Source: a phage. From it: a DNA stretch of 64,000 bases. The position numbers and the translations under genes are program-made. Positions 18,577 to 26,872 of this stretch are shown in pieces (the first letter of the stretch is position 1; each line of letters begins with the position of its first letter). The stretch lies in the sequence record PV808484.1; one strand, given 5' to 3'. Below the pieces are notes generated by a model that saw only the letters and a program-made list of their open reading frames with translations, did no database searches and had not been told where the DNA came from.

Positions 18577-18633
18577 TTGACAAGATAACTAAAATCAGTA
18601 AAATGTAATGCATAGGGCGGCAATAGTGCCGCT
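18577..18633 (+). promoter_or_regulatory. promoter plus 5'-UTR hairpin cassette
   Basis: TTGACA-16-TAAAAT then CATAGGGCGGCAATAGTGCCGCTCATA. Confidence 0.55.
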
Positions 18634-18655
18634 CATAGTAAGAGAGATTATCAAA

Positions 18656-18871
18656 ATGGCTAATATCCGCACACTGTTAAAAAATGCAAGTCAAGTTTTA
18701 TTTTCAGATGACGAGTATTTCAACAAAGACATTACAGGCGTGAAAAATTTAAAAGACGTGAAGGATGTTATCGGTATCCGTGGATCTTTACGTAAAGGTG
18801 ACATATACGGTAACAAGGTGCAATATAAACTGTCAAAAGATTATGATTTTACTTTGACAATTATCAATTAA
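18656..18871 (+). CDS. hypothetical protein
   Basis: start at internal ATG (MANIRT) downstream of cassette. Confidence 0.5.
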   Translation: MANIRTLLKNASQVLFSDDEYFNKDITGVKNLKDVKDVIGIRGSLRKGDIYGNKVQYKLSKDYDFTLTIIN

Positions 18872-18882
18872 GGGATCACAAA

Positions 18883-19041
18883 ATGAAAACTTGCCAATGT
18901 GGTAAAAAGTCTATCTCTGGTTTAAAACGTGGCGTTGCTCTTTGTCAATATCACTATAACGCTCAAACGTGGGGTAAGCAGTGGGCGGATCAGATGGAAG
19001 AGGCAAAGAAAGAAAATATAAAAGTAGTTGCAAAGAAATAA
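18883..19041 (+). CDS. small Cys-containing protein (52 aa)
   Basis: hand-translated MKTCQCGKKSISGLKRGVALCQYHYNAQTWGKQWADQMEEAKKENIKVVAKK. Confidence 0.4.
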   Translation: MKTCQCGKKSISGLKRGVALCQYHYNAQTWGKQWADQMEEAKKENIKVVAKK

Positions 19042-19112
19042 AAATAAAGTAAACTGTATTCATCAAGGCGGTGGAATAGCCCACCGCCTAACAAAGAGAA
19101 GAGGAAAACATC

Positions 19113-19283
19113 ATGATCACTTTCGCTACCCGTGAAGCCGCTCGCAACGTTGCACGTAAAGTTAACGCCGCCAACCTGGGCGCTACGTTTAAAGCCCCGG
19201 TGAAAGATGAGTCAGGAAAATGGATCTTCCCTGGTCTGCGTCACGCTGATAAGCTGGGAACATTAACGTTAAAAAATAAATAA
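19113..19283 (+). CDS. small protein (56 aa)
   Basis: hand-translated MITFATREAARNVARKV...; preceded by hairpin GGCGGTGGAATAGCCCACCGCC. Confidence 0.4.
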   Translation: MITFATREAARNVARKVNAANLGATFKAPVKDESGKWIFPGLRHADKLGTLTLKNK

Positions 19284-19290
19284 GATCCGC

Positions 19291-19349
19291 TTGACAGTAG
19301 CATGATTTATAAGTAAAGTAACAACAACGGCGGGAAATGGTTTCCCGCC
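19291..19349 (+). promoter_or_regulatory. promoter plus 5'-UTR hairpin cassette
   Basis: TTGACA-17-TAAAGT then GGCGGGAAATGGTTTCCCGCC. Confidence 0.55.
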
Positions 19350-19369
19350 ATCAATAAAGAGATAAGATT

Positions 19370-19729
19370 ATGAAATCAGTAAAAGCAATCAAAACTTACA
19401 TTGTATCGGCTATTTCTTTTGAAGGTACTACAACCGAAAAAGAAAAAATCACCGAACTGATGCGCCGTTTTAATTCTGAATACTGGTATCCCGATAATCA
19501 AAAACGTTACAATTATAACGTGATCAAGGCGATAGCCTCATGGTTACAAGGTTTACCGTCAGACATTAACATCGCCTTTGATTATAACGAGATCGATCAC
19601 TTGTTAATTGAATGGAAGTACATAAAAGAAACAAGCAAAGAAACAACCGTTACCCGTGAGCGGGAAAATTATTGGTTATATATTGCAAGCATGATCGTAA
19701 TCCTGGCAAAACAGCATAACGTGGCGTAA
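19370..19729 (+). CDS. hypothetical protein
   Basis: 119 aa ORF. Confidence 0.55.
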   Translation: MKSVKAIKTYIVSAISFEGTTTEKEKITELMRRFNSEYWYPDNQKRYNYNVIKAIASWLQGLPSDINIAFDYNEIDHLLIEWKYIKETSKETTVTRERENYWLYIASMIVILAKQHNVA

Positions 19730-19743
19730 TTAAGAGGAAGAAA

Positions 19744-19881
19744 CATGAACGCATCACAGCAGATCGAAAAATTCAACCGCAGCAAGGCGCGTAAAGATTG
19801 GAACGAAGAGATCACCAAAAAAGGCGACAAGCGGAACAAAACAAAAAGAGATCGCAGCACAAAAAGACACTGGAACGAATA
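19744..19881 (+). CDS. small basic protein (45 aa)
   Basis: hand-translated MNASQQIEKFNRSKARKDWNEEITKKGDKRNKTKRDRSTKRHWNE; terminator follows. Confidence 0.35.
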
Positions 19882-19887
19882 ACAAAA

Positions 19888-19910
19888 AAGGGCGCAATAA
19901 GCGCCCTTTT
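19888..19910 (+). terminator. rho-independent terminator
   Basis: AGGGCGC-AATAA-GCGCCCT then TTTTA. Confidence 0.6.
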
Positions 19911-20000
19911 AGCTTATATAGAGGCTTGTTACCCATAGGCAATGGTAACGCCAGGGCAAGCCTATAAACAACGTTAGACGGCTTTACAGGAGCTTTAAAA

Positions 20001-20183
20001 ATGAGATTAGAAGAAATAAGCAAGGCACTAGCCCAGGGGCAAAGGTTATGCGCCAGATATCGTGATCAATATGGCTTCATAACTAGCGGCGTGATCCTGG
20101 GGATTGAAGGCAATAAGATTTTTATTGACACGTTGAAAAACGTTGTATATAGTGACAATATAATCTCAATAAAACATATATGA
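20001..20183 (+). CDS. hypothetical protein
   Basis: 60 aa ORF. Confidence 0.45.
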   Translation: MRLEEISKALAQGQRLCARYRDQYGFITSGVILGIEGNKIFIDTLKNVVYSDNIISIKHI

Positions 20184-20593
20184 GGCAAGAAATGAAAAAC
20201 TTATTGATCGCTGGTTTACTCTCTTTTGGTATGGTTGGAACATCTAGCGCGGCGATATCCTCCACAGTAGCAGAATTAAGCGCCGTTGATGCAATGGAAA
20301 ACGTCATGCTTATTAATAATGCGATCCCCGATGAAATCATGGAGGATTCACACATGATCGCTTATGGTGCTGTTACACAACTAACGGCAAAAATAGATAA
20401 ATCTATTGTTAATGGCTTAAATGAAGATGTACCATGTGAAATTATTACCAGTGTGCTTACTACTCAAAATTTTACGCCGTGGTTAAAAAGTATTCAAAAA
20501 GTACACAGTACAGCCGCAGATCGTAGCAATGAAAAACTAGTGTCAGCACTTGCAACGTATACCCTAGCAAAATGCACCGAGATAAAAGATTGA
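20180..20593 (+). CDS. predicted secreted protein
   Basis: N-terminal KNLLIAGLLSFGMVGTSSA signal-peptide-like segment. Confidence 0.5.
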   Translation: MRQEMKNLLIAGLLSFGMVGTSSAAISSTVAELSAVDAMENVMLINNAIPDEIMEDSHMIAYGAVTQLTAKIDKSIVNGLNEDVPCEIITSVLTTQNFTPWLKSIQKVHSTAADRSNEKLVSALATYTLAKCTEIKD

Positions 20594-20616
20594 CAACATA
20601 GAAAGCACGTTATAAG
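20590..20616 (+). promoter_or_regulatory. sigma70-like promoter
   Basis: TTGACA-15-TATAAG, then AAGGAG SD. Confidence 0.45.
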
Positions 20617-20640
20617 ATACACACAACAAAGGAGAACTAC

Positions 20641-20943
20641 ATGAACGGCATAGCTAAAACGTTTTTTCTTTTTTCTGGTGTAAATGATCCATCAATAAAA
20701 GTCGATAGTGTAAAAGAAAACAATACTATCACCGCTAAATTGTTTCAAGATGAAACAAATAACGTGCTAATCATTAATCTTAAAGAAATAACTAAAGGTT
20801 ATTATACTATTGCTTACCATGCAATCTATCATGCTGGTACTAGTGAGGAAGTGCAAACAAGCAACAACGAAAGCGCGGCGCTACCTGGTGATCTGGTGCT
20901 GGGCGTTATCAGTTTAATTGTCAATGATTTTTTTAAGGAGTAA
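20641..20943 (+). CDS. hypothetical protein
   Basis: 100 aa ORF. Confidence 0.55.
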   Translation: MNGIAKTFFLFSGVNDPSIKVDSVKENNTITAKLFQDETNNVLIINLKEITKGYYTIAYHAIYHAGTSEEVQTSNNESAALPGDLVLGVISLIVNDFFKE

Positions 20944-20947
20944 AACC

Positions 20948-21043
20948 ATGCCCTATTTACATTTATTTTTCGGTATCTTATTGACAGGATCTTTTTTCTT
21001 CTGTATGCTTGTTTCTATTGTAAACCACGTTTTAAGACATTAA
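20948..21043 (+). CDS. small hydrophobic peptide (31 aa)
   Basis: MPYLHLFFGILLTGSFFFCMLVSIVNHVLRH. Confidence 0.3.
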   Translation: MPYLHLFFGILLTGSFFFCMLVSIVNHVLRH

Positions 21044-21052
21044 GGAAACAGC

Positions 21053-21172
21053 ATGAAAATTATTCCCGTACAATATAGCGTAATAAATCCAGCATACGAG
21101 GAAGGAAGGAAAACAAGCATGGCTTTATGTTGTATTGCTACTATAGCCATGTTGTTATGCATTGTGTTTTAA
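21053..21172 (+). CDS. small hydrophobic peptide (39 aa)
   Basis: MKIIPVQYSVINPAYEEGRKTSMALCCIATIAMLLCIVF. Confidence 0.3.
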   Translation: MKIIPVQYSVINPAYEEGRKTSMALCCIATIAMLLCIVF

Positions 21173-21272
21173 TAGGTTTTATAGTTGTACGCTTTAAAGG
21201 CTTGACAATTTTTTGTTATGCTTTAAACTATATCTTGAAAACGGCAAAGGCCGCAAACAAAAGGGTAAAATT

Positions 21273-21596
21273 ATGAAATCTGTGATCGGTGTTTATTTGG
21301 ATAACTCTGATTTTTTCTATCATCGCGCTCGTTTCCTTGATGCGATTGAAATGATAGAATCAGGCTTTAAAGAGTATCGCCTTGCACATGATGACCTGGA
21401 AGCATTACAGGGCAATAGTGTTTTTACATTGCAAGCTAAAGCACTATGCAAAAGCCGGATCGACATTGCGAGCAAAAAGATAGAACGCGGCATGTCCTGG
21501 TTGCGCACCGCAGAAATCAACATGGGGCAATGGTACGGCGAAAACTTAGAAAATAAACATGCTTTTGTCAATGTAGAAAATATTGAAGATTATTGA
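21273..21596 (+). CDS. hypothetical protein
   Basis: start at internal ATG (MKSVIG) after AAAGGG SD. Confidence 0.5.
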   Translation: MKSVIGVYLDNSDFFYHRARFLDAIEMIESGFKEYRLAHDDLEALQGNSVFTLQAKALCKSRIDIASKKIERGMSWLRTAEINMGQWYGENLENKHAFVNVENIEDY

Positions 21597-21658
21597 TTGA
21601 CAGCACACCTAACGGGTAGTATATTGTATCTCATAGAGCGGGGAAATGGTTTCCCCGC
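21597..21658 (+). promoter_or_regulatory. promoter plus 5'-UTR hairpin cassette
   Basis: TTGACA-17-TATATT then GCGGGGAAATGGTTTCCCCGC. Confidence 0.55.
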
Positions 21659-21678
21659 CATCAATAAAGAGATAAGCT

Positions 21679-21963
21679 ATGAAGATCACAAAAGCACTTT
21701 CCAACTATGCAGCACGTCGCGGATTATGTTTAACCGTTGAAAATTTAGGGAAAGAAGATTTTTTGTGCTTTTGGGAGCTTGAGAATGATAATGAGTGGAT
21801 CTTCTCTTATTCTATCTGCGAAGATCAAAACGGTTGTTTATTAACCTGGCGCGGTAATATCTATCTACCGGAAGAAATCAAAGAAGAATTACCAGGCACG
21901 ATCATGACTGAGAAACAGCTTAAGGAAGTGATCAATTTTGTAGGGCAAAACATTAAAAAATAA
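21679..21963 (+). CDS. hypothetical protein
   Basis: 94 aa ORF. Confidence 0.55.
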   Translation: MKITKALSNYAARRGLCLTVENLGKEDFLCFWELENDNEWIFSYSICEDQNGCLLTWRGNIYLPEEIKEELPGTIMTEKQLKEVINFVGQNIKK

Positions 21964-21964
21964 T

Positions 21965-22022
21965 TTGACAGCAGAAAAACAACGTAGTAAAGTTTATCAC
22001 ATAGGGCGGCAATAGTGCCGCT
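21965..22022 (+). promoter_or_regulatory. promoter plus 5'-UTR hairpin cassette
   Basis: TTGACA-17-TAAAGT then CATAGGGCGGCAATAGTGCCGCTCATA. Confidence 0.55.
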
Positions 22023-22044
22023 CATAACAGAAGAGAAACAAATC

Positions 22045-22215
22045 ATGATCCCGACTATGTTTTATGTATCGCGCAAAGGTCACAATATTTTTTGGTCTGA
22101 AGATTTAAATGAAGCCATGACGTTTGCCCGTGATCGTGTTGCTATCGGTGGCGTTAACATTACTGTAACCGATGAAAATGGCATTGAATACTATAACGGC
22201 GACGATGAAGAGTAA
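22045..22215 (+). CDS. small protein (56 aa)
   Basis: start at ATG (MIPTMF) downstream of cassette. Confidence 0.45.
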   Translation: MIPTMFYVSRKGHNIFWSEDLNEAMTFARDRVAIGGVNITVTDENGIEYYNGDDEE

Positions 22216-22260
22216 TTAACAAGGCGGGGAGTATTCCCGCCGTCAATAAAGGATAATATC

Positions 22261-22398
22261 ATGAAAACTTTCAACGCAACAGCATCAACAATTGGTTATA
22301 TTATCACCGTGCAAGCTATTGATCTAGTAGCTGCAACAAACAAGATTAAAAACATGATCCCTGTAGGCAGTGATTTTTCCGTTTGGGAAGTAAAATAA
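22261..22398 (+). CDS. small protein (45 aa)
   Basis: MKTFNATASTIGYIITVQAIDLVAATNKIKNMIPVGSDFSVWEVK; hairpin GGCGGGGAGTATTCCCGCC upstream. Confidence 0.35.
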   Translation: MKTFNATASTIGYIITVQAIDLVAATNKIKNMIPVGSDFSVWEVK

Positions 22399-22401
22399 AT
22401 C

Positions 22402-22463
22402 TTGACAGTGATTTGTTATTTGATAAGATGTACTACGTAGGGCGTGGCAATAAGGCAACGCCC
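22402..22463 (+). promoter_or_regulatory. promoter plus 5'-UTR hairpin cassette
   Basis: TTGACA-17-TAAGAT then GGGCGTGGCAATAAGGCAACGCCC. Confidence 0.5.
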
Positions 22464-22484
22464 CACATCAGAAAGGGAAAGATT

Positions 22485-22721
22485 ATGACTATAGCAACAG
22501 TATTAACCGCCGTTAAAACCGCCGAATCATCCGGCTTGCATGTTGAGATTATAGATCAACCAGGTGGCGATCTCCTTGTCCAGGTTTACCCGCCGAAAGT
22601 AGGGGATGATTATTATTGGTGCTATTCTGATACGTTCGAACAAGTAGACACGAAAGCGATCACGGCTTTTATTTTAAAAGCTATTGAAGAAAATAACTTT
22701 CATTATAACATCAATCAATAA
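22485..22721 (+). CDS. hypothetical protein
   Basis: start at internal ATG (MTIATV) after AAAGGG SD. Confidence 0.5.
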   Translation: MTIATVLTAVKTAESSGLHVEIIDQPGGDLLVQVYPPKVGDDYYWCYSDTFEQVDTKAITAFILKAIEENNFHYNINQ

Positions 22722-22763
22722 ACCATAAGCGGGGCAGTAACGCCCACTAATGAGGGTAAAATC

Positions 22764-22868
22764 ATGTTAGAGAAAATTTTCACGGTTGTAGTAGTGGGCC
22801 TGGCGTTATCGGTTGGAGTGGTTGCAACTATGGCTAACATGATTCTATCTTCTCACGGTATTGGATAA
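22764..22868 (+). CDS. small hydrophobic peptide (34 aa)
   Basis: MLEKIFTVVVVGLALSVGVVATMANMILSSHGIG. Confidence 0.3.
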   Translation: MLEKIFTVVVVGLALSVGVVATMANMILSSHGIG

Positions 22869-22878
22869 GGTGAATCAA

Positions 22879-23094
22879 ATGATCACGAATAAGACAGGTA
22901 AAACAGAATTTTTACGCGGCTTGCAAATAGGTAAACCTGAGATCTGGCATTGCACTAAATCCGCGCATAATGAAATGAAAGATTTTACCGCTACTTTACA
23001 ACGTGTTAAAATATCTATCACACAGAAAAAAGCCTTGTTAGTAGTAGAAAACGAGATCCCGCAAACTATTATTATTGTCGAGCGTACAGCATGA
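22879..23094 (+). CDS. hypothetical protein
   Basis: ATG (MITNKTG) with AAGGTG SD. Confidence 0.5.
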   Translation: MITNKTGKTEFLRGLQIGKPEIWHCTKSAHNEMKDFTATLQRVKISITQKKALLVVENEIPQTIIIVERTA

Positions 23095-23477
23095 AAACAG
23101 AAATCATTATTGAAATCATCAACGGTTATAAAGAAGCCTTTATTTTTGCTGAATCCGCCAGGGATCATGAAGGTAATTTTATTGATAACTTGACTGATTA
23201 TGATTTTTCAGATCAAGCCCATCAGCGGATCATTCATGACGTAGCGGCTTATTGTGATGCCAATGATGCCGCTATCTCTGAGGCAATGAGCGACGGCGCA
23301 ACAGCCAACCAGATCGGGAATGATTTACATTTTACCCGTAATAGTCACGGCGTAGGCTTTTGGGATCGCCCTGAAATATACACTACTAACACCGCCAACC
23401 GCTTAACTAATGCAGCTAAATTGATGCCATCGGTGCATGCTTACATTGGTGAAGATAATTTGATTTATATTGAATAA
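23091..23477 (+). CDS. hypothetical protein
   Basis: 128 aa ORF; ATGA overlap. Confidence 0.55.
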   Translation: MKTEIIIEIINGYKEAFIFAESARDHEGNFIDNLTDYDFSDQAHQRIIHDVAAYCDANDAAISEAMSDGATANQIGNDLHFTRNSHGVGFWDRPEIYTTNTANRLTNAAKLMPSVHAYIGEDNLIYIE

Positions 23478-23483
23478 AAAGTA

Positions 23484-23542
23484 TTGACACCGATCCCCAA
23501 TATGGTACTATTTACCACGTAGGCGGGAAATGGTTTCCCGCC
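23484..23542 (+). promoter_or_regulatory. promoter plus 5'-UTR hairpin cassette
   Basis: TTGACA then GGCGGGAAATGGTTTCCCGCC. Confidence 0.55.
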
Positions 23543-23565
23543 AGGTAATCAAAAAGGTAAATACT

Positions 23566-23955
23566 ATGCGCAACCTGGTTTCTGTTTCTAACGTTGAAAA
23601 ATTTCAATCTTTACAGGGTATCGTTAACAACGTAGCGCCTTTTTTAGTCAACGGCTTGATTGCAAAGATGAAAAATAAACATCATGCGGCATGGTCTGCT
23701 TACTGCTTTGATAATGATGAAAAAGCGGCTGAAATGATGTTAAATATGCTGTTAGACAGTGTAGAATCATCTTTACCGGAAAACATCGCAGAAGAGATCA
23801 CCTATCGTTATAATATGGCGATCACTTACCAGGAGGTTGCGCAATTTAATATGATGGACGATGACGAACAACAGGATCAGGAAATTTTCTGGGAGTATGC
23901 AGATCGTCAATCGGCTTTTGATGAAAAGTTAGCGATGTATTATAACGAATATTAA
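23566..23955 (+). CDS. hypothetical protein
   Basis: start at internal ATG (MRNLVS). Confidence 0.5.
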   Translation: MRNLVSVSNVEKFQSLQGIVNNVAPFLVNGLIAKMKNKHHAAWSAYCFDNDEKAAEMMLNMLLDSVESSLPENIAEEITYRYNMAITYQEVAQFNMMDDDEQQDQEIFWEYADRQSAFDEKLAMYYNEY

Positions 23956-23970
23956 TACACGGTAAAAGAA

Positions 23971-23997
23971 AGGGGCGCACTAAGCGCCCTTTTTTGT
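23971..23997 (+). terminator. rho-independent terminator
   Basis: GGGCGC-ACTAA-GCGCCC then TTTTTTG. Confidence 0.7.
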
Positions 23998-24341
23998 ATT
24001 CTTTTTTCACAATGGAAGCGACACGTAAAGAATAGGCGTAAAAGGTGGCGTAAAACCATCTAAAACCGACTGTAACCGCTTAAACAAGGCAGGGATGATT
24101 AATCCCCTTACCAGGATGAAAAAGCTGTTAGAGAGCTATTCATAGCGTTTAAAGCACATAGGAAATAATTTGCTTTTTATCTTGCCTTTTATCCTGCTTT
24201 TGATTATTATTATGGAACGGGCGGCACCTGGGGACAGGGGAAGATAATCACCGGAAGATCCCGCTATATATTGATAGCTAATACCTATTAAACAACAAAA
24301 CATCAAAGGGATAAACTATCAAATCTTTACAATCCTACCTA

Positions 24342-24400
24342 TTGACACACGATCACCCTTATACTAATATGTATCCCGTAGGCGGGAAATGGTTTCCCGC
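24342..24400 (+). promoter_or_regulatory. promoter plus 5'-UTR hairpin cassette
   Basis: TTGACA-17-TAATAT then GGCGGGAAATGGTTTCCCGC. Confidence 0.55.
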
Positions 24401-24419
24401 TTGATATAGGAATCATACC

Positions 24420-24650
24420 ATGATCGAACAAATTAAAAGCACTCAAAATGTTAACGGCAATGTGTTCCACTTTATCGGCAATAAAGGAAAAGGCGTACCC
24501 TACGCCGCCGTAACCGTGCAACCTAATGGCGATTATTGGTTTACCGTGTACGGATCATACTCTTTCGGACGCCCGGCACATGATAAGATCTTGCAAGCGG
24601 TTAAACCTGCGGGGAAGAATATTACAGCAGAAAAATTTTATAAAAAATAG
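24420..24650 (+). CDS. hypothetical protein
   Basis: 76 aa ORF. Confidence 0.55.
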   Translation: MIEQIKSTQNVNGNVFHFIGNKGKGVPYAAVTVQPNGDYWFTVYGSYSFGRPAHDKILQAVKPAGKNITAEKFYKK

Positions 24651-24725
24651 CTTGCTTTATTTCTTCTGTTAACTTATAGTTATCGCGTAGGGCAAACAAT
24701 TTTAAACGGTAGACGAGGAATCACC

Positions 24726-25109
24726 ATGAGCAATATCATCAACCTGGCAGCGACTGTAAACGGTAAAGACTTTAACGGCGCTGTAGACCGTGATCCTATG
24801 TGGTGCTTATCAGTGTTTAAAGGCGATCTGGTTGAAGTTAGAACAACCGAAGGGTATAGCGATGATTATAAATGCGAGATCCATTTACATAACTGGTACA
24901 CGGGGAAAACTTATGCGCTGAATCACGCGTTTATCGGGAAAATTGAATATCGCGAGATGATCGACGATGAAACGGGGCAAGATTTTAGTGATTATGTTTA
25001 TATTCGTTCAGAAACATTAGCCGAACGTTTGATCGAGAAAATGAAAGCAAAAAATAAAATTAATTTAGCTCATTGGCTTGATATAACAAATGATCCGGCT
25101 TACAAGTAA
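24726..25109 (+). CDS. hypothetical protein
   Basis: 127 aa ORF; GAGG SD. Confidence 0.55.
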   Translation: MSNIINLAATVNGKDFNGAVDRDPMWCLSVFKGDLVEVRTTEGYSDDYKCEIHLHNWYTGKTYALNHAFIGKIEYREMIDDETGQDFSDYVYIRSETLAERLIEKMKAKNKINLAHWLDITNDPAYK

Positions 25110-25124
25110 ATAACATTTCATACC

Positions 25125-25150
25125 AGGGCGCACAAAGCGCCCTTTCTTTT
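25125..25150 (+). terminator. rho-independent terminator
   Basis: AGGGCGC-ACAAA-GCGCCCT then TTCTTTTT. Confidence 0.65.
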
Positions 25151-25357
25151 TACCTAAATAAAGATGATAGCTTTTACCTATCAAAAACATTCACCGAAAA
25201 AAGTGAATAGATCGCGGTATCGAGCTAATCAAGGAGCAGATGAACAACCATACCATGAAGATCATAAGGCGCTTACAACGTGTTTTAAACCGCTTATTTT
25301 TAATTTCTCCATGTAACTATCTGGCAAAAACAGCCTTTTTCGTGTCTTTCCTCTTAA

Positions 25358-25430
25358 GTGATAATCATTCTTATTTATAGCTGATTATTTATGCAATAAA
25401 CTGCATAATGCAATAATGATAATCATTCTT
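25358..25430. promoter_or_regulatory. Fur-box-like palindromes
   Basis: GTGATAATCATTCTTA and AATAATGATAATCATTCTT; the latter 16/19 to Fur consensus. Confidence 0.5.
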
Positions 25431-25440
25431 AACTTATGAC

Positions 25441-25790
25441 CATCTAACCTATAAAATAATAAGTTATCTAACTAAATTAAAGCTAATTATTTCACCTTTA
25501 TTTATAACTTACTGTTACTATCTCATTGATAACCTTATATTAAACAACAATAACTAATATAAATCATTACTAAGCTAAATATAATCTATCTAACCTTTAA
25601 AACTATAACTATAATCTATCGAATTGTTGCACAAAGTAACTATTAAATTGTTAGTAACATTACTAAATAATTCATATCCTATCTATTTATGATCTAATCT
25701 TTACTTTCCTATCTATTACCTAAATAATCCTATCATACAGTTACCATTTCATGTAATAATCATTTCATACAATAACTATAACAAGAAATA
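25441..25790. repeat. G-depleted AT-rich low-complexity tract
   Basis: about 4 percent G on plus strand; degenerate ATCTATC / CTAACCT motifs. Confidence 0.55.
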
Positions 25791-25808
25791 TAATTCGCAA
25801 GCGTATCA

Positions 25809-25982
25809 TTAGCAGCCTATGCCGGACACATAGGCGGCTAATAATAACGCAACTACACACCCCACATAATAACCATCACCGATAGTTATTATTTGTGCTT
25901 ATGTAGCTTGCAACAATTGCAAGCGCAACAATATACATGGTATATTGTATCCCTTACATTGTTGCGGTGCGTTATTATTAGC
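25809..25982. repeat. nested inverted repeats (structured noncoding element)
   Basis: hairpin TTAGCAGCCTATG-CCGGACA-CATAGGCGGCTAA; palindrome GCTTGCAA-CAA-TTGCAAGC; 14-bp inverted pair GCTAATAATAACGC / GCGTTATTATTAGC. Confidence 0.5.
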
Positions 25983-26296
25983 TAATGTTTGGAACATTGG
26001 CTATAATATAAGCTAAATAATAAGCTATTCAATAATAAACATAATGAATAATGACACTGATGATCATAATGCGCCACCTTCCAGGGGGCGCTATGTGAAC
26101 ACAAAGAAATCTTTCTTGTCAAGAAAAATATTAACACTATTGCGCAAAATTATTTATGTCTGAATAGATGATTTTTCATACTATTGTTATTATTTATCGG
26201 CCCTAACTATTGCCTATTTGTTGAGCCTACTTTCTTAAAAGCGCAATAAATCAGAATTATCTTGATTTTTAGGGTGTTTTATAGTATAGAAAATAT

Positions 26297-26317
26297 GCAA
26301 ATGATAATCATTATCAG
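26297..26317. promoter_or_regulatory. Fur-box-like site (near consensus)
   Basis: GCAAATGATAATCATTATCAG; 16 contiguous matches to Fur consensus. Confidence 0.55.
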
Positions 26318-26481
26318 CTATCTTCCACGGGTGGCACTATTTCACGCAGGATCATTTCATTTGGCAAGGTGTATATAGATGTTTAGACTTGCCAAGCCAT
26401 TGATTTACTTAGAATTTATCTGTTTTGTTGTGAGTAGTACCTTTCTTGCTCAGAAAATAATCAAAAGTCTTATAAGTCATT

Positions 26482-26513
26482 GAATGATAATGCAAATGAT
26501 AATTATTCTCATT
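26482..26513. promoter_or_regulatory. Fur-box-like site
   Basis: GAATGATAATGCAAATGATAATTATTCTCATT. Confidence 0.45.
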
Positions 26514-26872
26514 GATATTTGAGGGGGACGGTCGGCAGAAATCGGGGGGCGCTGAAAATCGCGTTAAGCACCTCTCGCAAGCGAGCAGTATTTTGCGGCA
26601 AGTTATTGATATTATTGGCTTTACGCTTATGGAAAGGGGGTGTGTCGAAATAAATCGGGTATACCGGAAAATTTTTGTGGCATAGATATTTATTTGTCTA
26701 TATTATGTACAAAGGGGTGTGTTAAAAATATTAGGTATATATAGAATAATTGATAGGGAAATCCTATACTAATTCCTCCATTAATGATGTTTCTATGTTG
26801 CTGTTCTTGTAACAGATGAAAAGACGCTGTATGATGTGTAGCATGAAACGTAAATTTATAAAGGAGTCTGAT

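Noticed and set aside
26318-26480. RyhB-like Fur-regulated small RNA downstream of the Fur box
   Set aside because: No similarity to the conserved RyhB core and no convincing intrinsic terminator; left as an open possibility under the Fur-box finding only.
13640-26872. tRNA genes in the large noncoding tracts
   Set aside because: Scanned by eye for the T-loop signature (GTTC.A..C) with a matching acceptor stem and found none; the GTTCAA occurrences lie inside the AT-rich tandem repeats without cloverleaf potential. Not excluded without tRNAscan.
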